From NCBI GenBank assembly GCA_044222185.1, contig JBGANV010000009.1, positions 64,001 to 128,000 on the forward strand: 64,000 nt of DNA, read 5' to 3'. Each line of letters begins with the position of its first letter. Position 1 is the stretch's first letter. This DNA is from Planctomycetota bacterium. GTDB taxonomy: Bacteria > Planctomycetota > GCA-002687715 > CAIWVZ01. Under the pieces are notes generated by a model that was not told the DNA's origin, did no database searches, and saw only the letters and a program-made list of their open reading frames with translations. Positions 54,367-62,009 of this stretch are shown piece after piece. Both the position numbers and the translations under genes were made by a program.

Positions 54367-57300
54367 TCAGATCCCGGAGGGCCAGCGCGCGAACGTCAGG
54401 CGGAAGCCCACGGGACTGGCCGGATCCGGATACGCGGCCTGCATCGTGAACGACAGGCTCGGCGACGGACTCGGCGCCACGATCCCGGGAAGCACGAACC
54501 GTCCGCCGGGCGCGGTGTTCCCCGGCTGCGCGGCGCTGAACGCCACACCGGGAACCGCTGGTCCGAAGAGTCCGATGCCGTCGAGGACGGGCGTGTAACC
54601 CGGAGCCCCCGGCATCCCCAGAGAGAGAACCATGCCGCCGGCCGCATTCGGCCAGTTCGTGATCGGTGCCGGCATGGACGTGTCGATCGAGAGCAGGAGC
54701 GGCGCGTTCGGCGTCCCACCGTCGATCACGAGCGCGAACGGGTTGCCCGGGACGAGCGGATCGAGGAGCGGCCAGTGCCCGATGGTTCCCTGGTTGTGCC
54801 CGTCGCCGACGACGAGCGCCTTCGCGTTCGAATCGACCGTGCCGAAGTTCTCCACGGCGAACGCGATTCCGCCCGGGACCTGGGTCTGAGGCAACGTCGG
54901 CAGGACACACACGATCTGAGAGGCCGTCAGCGAGGTCATCACGAGCGGAACGCCGTCGGCGTAGATCTGCGACGCTGGCACGAACCCCGAGCCCGTGACC
55001 GTCACGATCGTCGACACCGACGCTGGCGTCTGGACCGCGATCGACGCCGGAGAGATCGCGACGATCTGCGGCCCGACGACGGTGACCGGGATCGCCGCGG
55101 ACGTTCCACCCGCCGGAGCCGCATTGACGACCGTGACGTTCAGCACGCCCGTCGTGGCGATCATCGAAGCCGGGACCGGCGCCGTGAGCTGCGTCGCACT
55201 GACGAACGTCGTCGGGAGAGACGTCACGCCGACCTTGATCACGGACGCAGCCACGAACCCCGAACCCGTAGCCGTCAGCGTGAACCCGCTCGCGCCGGCG
55301 TTCACCGACGTCGGGCTCGTCGCCGTGAGGACGGGAACGGGGTTGTTCACGGTGAACGTCAGCGACTGCGAAGTCCCGCCGCCCGGTGCCGGGTTCTGGA
55401 CGCGCACCGTCGGGGACCCCGCAGTGGCCACCAGCGCTGCCGGAACGCTCGCCGTGAGCTGCGTCGCGCTCACGAACGTCGTCGTCAGCGAGCCGCCGTT
55501 CCATTGGATGACGCTCTGCGAGTTGAAGCTGGTGCCGACGGCCGTCAGCGTGAACGCAGCACTTCCGGCCAGCTTCGAGGCCGGGCTGATGCTCGAGAGT
55601 GTGGGTGAGGGATTGGTGACCGAGAAGGTCTTCGCGTTCGAGGTGCCGCCGCCCGGTGCCGCATTGAACACGACGACCGTGTTGGAGCCCGCTGCCGCGA
55701 GGCGGCTGGCCGACACGGTGGCCGTGAGCAGCGTCGTACTGACGAACGTGGTCGGCAAGGCCGTGCCATTCCATCGCACTTCGCTTCCGGCGAAGAAGCC
55801 GCTGCCGTTGACCGTCATCGTGAGCGCACTCGATCCCACGGCTGCCGTCGTCGGCGCGATCGTCGTGATGGAAGGTGTCGGGCTCGCGCCTGGCGTCACG
55901 TCGACCGTGAACGTCCCTGGCGTCGGCGCCGCAGTTTCGTGAACGATCGTCAACAGGTACCACCCGGGCGTCAACGTCACGGCCGCCGACGCCGTTCCAT
56001 CGGTGAGACCCGAGGCCGTCGCGCTGGTTCGCGGGCGCCAGGCACCAGAGGTTCCCGGGTCGAACAGGTGCCACAGGCAGGAACCCGACGCATTCCCGGA
56101 CACGCTGATGACGTGGTCGCGCGTCGCCGTCACCTGGAACTCGATGAGCGTCATGATCTGGGACGCGCCCAGCGTCACCACCGCCGGCGTGCCCGGCGTC
56201 AGCGTCGACAGCGGCGCCTGGTGCACGAAGCCGAAGCTCGTCCCGGCGTAACGACTGACGATCCCGTACTGGCTCTCGAACGCGCCCGCGTGGCCGTTCG
56301 CCACGAGGAAGTCCGAAGACGTCGAGCCGAGGAGAGACGAAGCGGATCCCGCCGCGATGTCCCAGTCCGCGTTGGACGCGACGGCCACGCCTTCCCAGTG
56401 CCCCGACTGGGGCGTCACCGAGAACGGAGCGCACGACACCGCGACGATCTGGGTCGTCGTGCTCGGCGACAGCGCGTACGTGCTCGTCGGAGTGCAAACG
56501 GACACCGCCACCGTCGCCGCGGTCGGGATGGTGCCCTGTCGCCGATAGACCACGACGGCGTTCATGCCAGCATCGAGGGAGACGATCGCGCCGGTCGTGC
56601 CCACCTGATGATGCTGGACCTGATCGTCATGGTCCGCCCGCCAGAAGTTCGTGTTCTGTGCGTTGAACACCGCGAAGCTCAGACCTGGGTCGCCGAGCAC
56701 CGACACCGAGTAATTGCCCGGTGCATTGACCTGGTATTCCTTCACGCCGATGACGTGGTCGGCCGCGATCGTGAGGTACGAGACGTACTCGAGAGTGCCG
56801 GCTGATGCGGACACGTGTTCGACGACCGCGTCGCCGGTGCCGGAGGACCGCGCGACGACGCCTGCGAGTGGCGGCGGCGTGTTCGTGTTCACCGTGTAGT
56901 TCCCCACGACGAACGACGTGTTGGTCCCCACGGTCGCCTGGCCCTTGCCGAGGCCGAGGTTCCAGTGCGAGGTCGCGGAGGTCACGGCGACGGCGTTCCA
57001 GTGGCTTGGCGTGGCCTGGACCGAGATCCGCTCGTAGTCGGTTGTCACGGTCGCCGGAACGAACGGCGTCAACGTCATGCCGACGGCCGTCGGGCGGACG
57101 TTGATGGTGACCGTGGACGTGCCGAAGAGGCCCGGCGAGACCGGCCGGTGTACGACGAGGCAGTGCCAGCCGAGGCTCATCGCGGCCTGCCTGGTGCCGC
57201 TGGCACCGCTGCCCGACTGCAGGGCCGCGCCGACCTGCCACGTCGACTGCGGCGCGCCGCCGATCAGCGTCCATTCGACGAACGGGTCCGTGTTGACCGT

Positions 57301-58788
57301 CACGTCGTAGACCCCGGCAGCGGTGACGTTGAACTCATAGAGCTGGAAGAAGTCGTCGCTGCCCCAGCCGAACACGTTCCATTGGCCGACGGCGATCGGG
57401 CTCGCGATGGAGAACTCTGCCCACGCGCCGCCCGTGCCGGCGAAGCGATAGACCTGGCCGCTCACCGCGGGCACGATGCCCGCATGGCCGTTCGCGATGC
57501 AGTAGTCGGTCTGAAGCGCGCCGCGTTGCGACACGATTCCCGTGACGTTCATGTCCCAATCTTCACCGGGGTTGTAGTACTGCGAGATGACGCCCACGCC
57601 GACGAAGTTGCCACTGCTTTGTGTCGTGTTGATGATCGTCGACGAGCACGAAACGAACGCATCGCTCCCGTTCTGCAGCGGGACCGTCGCGCAACCAGAC
57701 TGCAACGTGATGGCACTCTGCAACGCCGGCTTCAGGATGTTCGTCGCCGTGTTGAATCCCGCGGCGGTGCAGCCTCCATGGGTATGCACGCCGACGGCGA
57801 GCCCCGTCGTCTCGTCGATGAGCGGACCGCCGGAGTTGCCACCCTCCGAATCCACGGTGTGGCGGATCTGGTCACCGACGAGCGCGACGTTCCCGCCGAG
57901 GCTCGTCTGCTGAGTGTTCGTGGCGGTGATCGGCGTGTTGTCGAGCCCGTAACCCGTCAGGCGGAACGTGCCGCTCTGGCTCGGCGTCGAGGTGGTGGCG
58001 AGCGAGAACGCCGCGCCCTGTCGCTGGTAGGCCGTCACTCCTTGCGAGTTCGGGTGAAGGCGTGCCACGGCCCAGTCGTTGCCCGGCCCGTTGTTCGAGA
58101 ACGTCAACGAAGAACCGTCGATCGGGTATTGGTCCGCGACGGCCGAGTGGACGATGACCCCGCCTGACGTCGACTGCGGAACGTTGAACTCCGCGAGGGA
58201 GAAGTAGCTCGGGTTCGTCGCCGCGCAGTGGCCGGCGCCGAGGACGGTGGAGCGATCGTTGATCATCCACCCCGTGCACCCGTACGAGAACGTGAGCGCG
58301 TTGAACACCAGCCGGCAGACGCGGGGATCGGAGCTCGCGACCCGGTCGTCGGCGCCGCAGATCTCGTCCGGCCCGACGGGCGCCGTCGGCACCTGGACGA
58401 CGGCGTTCCCGATCGTGAGGTTCGCCGTCGAGCCGGCGGCGAGACGGAGCGACACGTCGAGCGTGCTTCCGTTGAACCAGGCTGACCGGTTTCGCCACTG
58501 GGCCAGCTGCTTTCGGTGCAGCTCGTGAACCTGCCCGTCGAGCGGGTTCCGGACGATGATCGCATCGTCGTCAGACGTCAGTTCGGCGACGTCGAACTCG
58601 AGCTGGATGCCGGCGATTCCAGGCATGGAGACCTGTTCCGCCCAGACGACGGCCGGCGCCGTACCGGGGTTCGTCTGGGTTCCGCTGCTGATTTCGACCG
58701 GAAGGCGGTCGGTCCCGATGGACACCTGTGCCGCCAGGCTGCCTGCGATCACGACGAACGCCGCGATCATGAGCCGTGCTCGTGACAT
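54367..58788 (-). CDS. secreted trypsin-like (glutamyl-endopeptidase-like) serine protease with three ~200-aa repeats, IPT/TIG repeats and shared C-terminal domain
   Basis: signal peptide MSRARLMIAAFVVIAGSLAA; triad GAGHC / NDWAV / GGNSGGP; GVHTH; IPT motifs (SISP...G..F...TTFVSATQLTA). Confidence 0.88.
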   Translation of the reverse strand: MSRARLMIAAFVVIAGSLAAQVSIGTDRLPVEISSGTQTNPGTAPAVVWAEQVSMPGIAGIQLEFDVAELTSDDDAIIVRNPLDGQVHELHRKQLAQWRNRSAWFNGSTLDVSLRLAAGSTANLTIGNAVVQVPTAPVGPDEICGADDRVASSDPRVCRLVFNALTFSYGCTGWMINDRSTVLGAGHCAATNPSYFSLAEFNVPQSTSGGVIVHSAVADQYPIDGSSLTFSNNGPGNDWAVARLHPNSQGVTAYQRQGAAFSLATTSTPSQSGTFRLTGYGLDNTPITATNTQQTSLGGNVALVGDQIRHTVDSEGGNSGGPLIDETTGLAVGVHTHGGCTAAGFNTATNILKPALQSAITLQSGCATVPLQNGSDAFVSCSSTIINTTQSSGNFVGVGVISQYYNPGEDWDMNVTGIVSQRGALQTDYCIANGHAGIVPAVSGQVYRFAGTGGAWAEFSIASPIAVGQWNVFGWGSDDFFQLYEFNVTAAGVYDVTVNTDPFVEWTLIGGAPQSTWQVGAALQSGSGASGTRQAAMSLGWHCLVVHRPVSPGLFGTSTVTINVRPTAVGMTLTPFVPATVTTDYERISVQATPSHWNAVAVTSATSHWNLGLGKGQATVGTNTSFVVGNYTVNTNTPPPLAGVVARSSGTGDAVVEHVSASAGTLEYVSYLTIAADHVIGVKEYQVNAPGNYSVSVLGDPGLSFAVFNAQNTNFWRADHDDQVQHHQVGTTGAIVSLDAGMNAVVVYRRQGTIPTAATVAVSVCTPTSTYALSPSTTTQIVAVSCAPFSVTPQSGHWEGVAVASNADWDIAAGSASSLLGSTSSDFLVANGHAGAFESQYGIVSRYAGTSFGFVHQAPLSTLTPGTPAVVTLGASQIMTLIEFQVTATRDHVISVSGNASGSCLWHLFDPGTSGAWRPRTSATASGLTDGTASAAVTLTPGWYLLTIVHETAAPTPGTFTVDVTPGASPTPSITTIAPTTAAVGSSALTMTVNGSGFFAGSEVRWNGTALPTTFVSTTLLTATVSASRLAAAGSNTVVVFNAAPGGGTSNAKTFSVTNPSPTLSSISPASKLAGSAAFTLTAVGTSFNSQSVIQWNGGSLTTTFVSATQLTASVPAALVATAGSPTVRVQNPAPGGGTSQSLTFTVNNPVPVLTATSPTSVNAGASGFTLTATGSGFVAASVIKVGVTSLPTTFVSATQLTAPVPASMIATTGVLNVTVVNAAPAGGTSAAIPVTVVGPQIVAISPASIAVQTPASVSTIVTVTGSGFVPASQIYADGVPLVMTSLTASQIVCVLPTLPQTQVPGGIAFAVENFGTVDSNAKALVVGDGHNQGTIGHWPLLDPLVPGNPFALVIDGGTPNAPLLLSIDTSMPAPITNWPNAAGGMVLSLGMPGAPGYTPVLDGIGLFGPAVPGVAFSAAQPGNTAPGGRFVLPGIVAPSPSPSLSFTMQAAYPDPASPVGFRLTFARWPSGI

Positions 58789-58967
58789 GACTTCGATCCT
58801 CCGAAGGGTTGGGCCGTCGAGACGCCGTGGACCCGGCCCGCCGCTCGGCGAGACCTTCGGGCGTCCCTTCACGCACGCCTTCGCTCGACCCCTCCCGATC
58901 CGGACACCTCCCTGGAAAAATGGCGACCCACGACCCGCGTGTAGAATCCGGCGTCGACCAGAACGGC

Positions 58968-59606
58968 ATGCCATCGGAATCAGGTACTGACCCCGAAGTC
59001 GAACGCCCGGGCGATCGGACCGACCGCACGACGGATCTCGTGCATCGGGCCCGCGCCGGCGACGTCGTGGCCTTGACGCCGCTCTACCTGAGGATGGCTC
59101 CCGCGCTCTACGCCTGGGCAAGCGTCAAGATCCCGCCGGCCCTTCGCGGCCGCATCGACCCCGAGGACGTCGTGCAGGACTGCTGGCTGGGCGCGCTGGA
59201 GAGGTTCGGGACGTTCGACCCGGCGCGCGGCGAGTTTCGTGCGTGGGTCTTCGGCGTCGCGCAAAATCGACTGTTGCGGATGCTCCGCACCCTGCGCGTC
59301 GACGACGTGCGTCGAGGCGCCATGCGCCCGGAGCCGGAGCGCACGCCGATCTCGGACATCCCCCAGGACGTCACCGGTGTGAGCACCCGCCTCGCACGGG
59401 ACGAGCACCTGCATCGGTTCATCGATCACGTCACGGCGATGGAGGAGGACGAGCGCAAGATCGTCGTCTGCTGCGGGCTCGAGGGACTCACGGCGGCTCA
59501 GGCGGCGGAGATCCTGGGCGTCACCGTGTCTGCCGCCGAAAAGCGCTGGCAGCGGGCGCGGGCGAGGCTGCGCGCCGACCCGGCCTGGCACGACGTGGTT
59601 GCTTGA
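58968..59606 (+). CDS. ECF RNA polymerase sigma factor
   Basis: ARAGD, IDPEDVVQD, FRAWVFGVAQN, EGLTAAQAAEILG...KRWQRARARL. Confidence 0.88.
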   Translation: MPSESGTDPEVERPGDRTDRTTDLVHRARAGDVVALTPLYLRMAPALYAWASVKIPPALRGRIDPEDVVQDCWLGALERFGTFDPARGEFRAWVFGVAQNRLLRMLRTLRVDDVRRGAMRPEPERTPISDIPQDVTGVSTRLARDEHLHRFIDHVTAMEEDERKIVVCCGLEGLTAAQAAEILGVTVSAAEKRWQRARARLRADPAWHDVVA

Positions 59607-59624
59607 CGGCCGGTGCGCTGGCGG

Positions 59625-62009
59625 TCACCGCTCCTCGCGCAGCGGAGCGTCGAGCACGACGCGGAGCCCGCGACCCAGGTCCGACCCCGCAGTGACGAGC
59701 GCAGTCCGCGCGGCCGAGCGGGCCCAGACCAGCTCGGTCCCGAATTCGCCGCCGCGATAGCAGCGCGTGCGCCCGCTCCGGTCCGCCGTGTAGCTGAGCG
59801 GGATCACGCCGGTCGTCGGGTGGGGTACGAGATCCCAGACCGGTTCAGCCACGTTCCCCATCATGTCGTGGAACCCGAACGGGTTCGGGGCGAAGCTCCC
59901 GACGGGCGCAAGCAACACGAAACCGTCGAAGCCGTCCGGCTGCCCCGGATCAGACGGCCGCGTCGAACTGCGGCGTGCGGAGTCGATCACGTTGCATCGG
60001 TTGGCGGCGTCGGCGGCCGTCGCACCCGTGTACCACGGCGTGGTGGTTCCGCCTCGGCATGCGTACTCCCACTCGATTTCCGTGGGCAGGCGGCCACCGA
60101 GGCGCTTCGCTGCCTCGACGGCGAGGTCGAACGGGATCGAGTCGACGGGACAGCGGAGCCGATCCTCGCACGGGGGATCGGCCGGACCGAGGGGCGAGAG
60201 GCTCGGATCGCGCAGCTCGGTGCACCGCCACTGACCGCGCGTCAGCTCCGTTTTCGCCATGTAGAACGGCGGGCACGTGAAGGGCTGCTTGACGACGTCC
60301 AGGTCGTCGACGAAGTCGGGGTCGGCATACGGCGTCGTGCGCGAGTCGTCATCGCCGAGCGGGGCGGCACCGATGATCCCGTTTCCGCGGGGAACGAGCA
60401 CGAAGACCATGCACGAGGCGCCGGACGTCGTCAGGTGAGAGCCTTCGGGCGCGCGCCTGGGTACCTCACCGGATCGGACGTGGGCGAACTCGCAGAGGCC
60501 TGACGCCGGATCGAACCCCAGCGGAACGAGGCCCGACACCGGGCGGATCCTGAGTCCGGCGTAGATCGGGTGCCGCGCTTGGTCGGCGATGGCGGCGACG
60601 GTGGATCCCCACGCGTCAGCCGCATCCACGAGCGTGCGGGCGTCGACGGACCGGGCGTAGGCGAGGCGCTCTCGAACTCCCTTTTCACGCTCGGCCACCC
60701 GCGCGGCGAGATCGACGAGCTCGCGCAGTCCCGCCTGGATCCACGCGTCGTGGGCCTCGGCCGTGGTCGCTCTCTCGGAAGCCGAGGCCGCCTGCGCGAG
60801 CGCGGCGTGACGTGACTCGTGGGACGCGCGCGCCACGCGGTGGCCGTCCGCGCGTTCGGCGAGCGCCGTGGCGGATGCGACCCAGGACTGAAGCCCGCGT
60901 GGTCCCGCGATCTTCTCCGGAACCGGAGGCCAGAGCTCGTCGGCCCAGGTCAGAAGGTCGCGCGCGACGCGGATGTCGGAAAGTCGATCCGCCTCCTCCA
61001 ACGCGCGGTCGGCGGTCGCCCGTTCGCGCGCGATCGAGACCAGGCCGGCGGTCGCGAGCGCAAGCACGACGATCAGCGTTCCGAGGAGTGCCGTGGCGAG
61101 TCGATGGCGCCCGCACCAGCGGAAGGCCCGCTTCGCCGCCGAGAGCGGGCGCGCTCGAACCGGTTCGTGACGCCGAAGTCTCGCCAGATCGGCTGCGACG
61201 TCGTCCGCCGTCGCGTAGCGGTCGCGGCGATCCTTCGCCATCATCCGGCCGATGATGCACGCGAGGTCGGACCCGACGGCGGGGTTCGACGCGGTGGGCG
61301 GTCGTGGTTCATGCGTGCGGATCGCCGCTTCGAGCTCGGCCCGCGTCGCCGCTTCGAAGGGGCGCCGGCCGGTGACCAGTTCGTAGAGGACGACACCCAG
61401 CGCCCAGACGTCGGCCCGGTGGTCGACGCCTCCCGGCGGCGGCGCAAACTGCTCGGGTGGCATGTACGCGGGCGTTCCGAACACGTCCCCATGGATCGTC
61501 GAGATGCCTCGATCGTCCCGCGCCGTGGCCAGACCGAAGTCCAGCACGACAGCGTGGTCGTTCGAGTCGACGATGATGTTGCCTGGCTTCACGTCGCGGT
61601 GGACGACGCCCGCGGCGTGCGCGGCCGCAAGCGCCCGAGCAACCCGCTCTGCCCACGCGACGATGCGATCGAGTTCGGCCGGCGTCGAGGGAGGACCGTT
61701 TTCGGCGATGATCCGCGTCAGGGGCTTCCCATCGACGTAGCGCATGGCGATGTACGCGTCGTCGCCGTCGAGTGCTGCCTCGTAAAGCGTGCAGACCGCC
61801 GGATGCTCGATGCGCGCGATCATCTGGGCCTCGCGCCTGAACCGCGCGAACATCGCCGCGCCACTTCGGTGATGGTTCAAGACCTTGACGGCAACTCTCC
61901 GTCCGAGCTCCGCGTGTTCGCAGAGATAGACGGCTCCCTGTCCGCCGCGCCCCAAGAGACGCATCACCCGATAGGGACCGATCGACGTGCCGAACGCCGC
62001 GCTCGTCAT
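59625..62009 (-). CDS. Hanks-type Ser/Thr kinase - TM - FGE-sulfatase (SUMF1-like) domain protein
   Basis: GRGGQGAVY, VAVK, HRDVKPGN, DFG, GTPAYM; TM helix; RLPTEIEWEYACRGG, PNPFGFHDMMGNV. Confidence 0.92.
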   Translation of the reverse strand: MTSAAFGTSIGPYRVMRLLGRGGQGAVYLCEHAELGRRVAVKVLNHHRSGAAMFARFRREAQMIARIEHPAVCTLYEAALDGDDAYIAMRYVDGKPLTRIIAENGPPSTPAELDRIVAWAERVARALAAAHAAGVVHRDVKPGNIIVDSNDHAVVLDFGLATARDDRGISTIHGDVFGTPAYMPPEQFAPPPGGVDHRADVWALGVVLYELVTGRRPFEAATRAELEAAIRTHEPRPPTASNPAVGSDLACIIGRMMAKDRRDRYATADDVAADLARLRRHEPVRARPLSAAKRAFRWCGRHRLATALLGTLIVVLALATAGLVSIARERATADRALEEADRLSDIRVARDLLTWADELWPPVPEKIAGPRGLQSWVASATALAERADGHRVARASHESRHAALAQAASASERATTAEAHDAWIQAGLRELVDLAARVAEREKGVRERLAYARSVDARTLVDAADAWGSTVAAIADQARHPIYAGLRIRPVSGLVPLGFDPASGLCEFAHVRSGEVPRRAPEGSHLTTSGASCMVFVLVPRGNGIIGAAPLGDDDSRTTPYADPDFVDDLDVVKQPFTCPPFYMAKTELTRGQWRCTELRDPSLSPLGPADPPCEDRLRCPVDSIPFDLAVEAAKRLGGRLPTEIEWEYACRGGTTTPWYTGATAADAANRCNVIDSARRSSTRPSDPGQPDGFDGFVLLAPVGSFAPNPFGFHDMMGNVAEPVWDLVPHPTTGVIPLSYTADRSGRTRCYRGGEFGTELVWARSAARTALVTAGSDLGRGLRVVLDAPLREER

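Noticed and set aside
49348-54598. ORFs with repeated SADSPTSRRESAGSPRV / RSRSSFARSRR peptides
   Set aside because: Translations of the palindromic DNA repeat; Arg/Ser-rich and frame not conserved between copies.
507-58167. Long antisense or alternate-frame ORFs (e.g. 507-1799, 1841-4054, 7719-10055, 15670-17379, 41069-44143, 46290-48950, 52087-54243, 56815-58167)
   Set aside because: Shadows of well-supported genes, caused by high GC and codon bias; no recognisable motifs.
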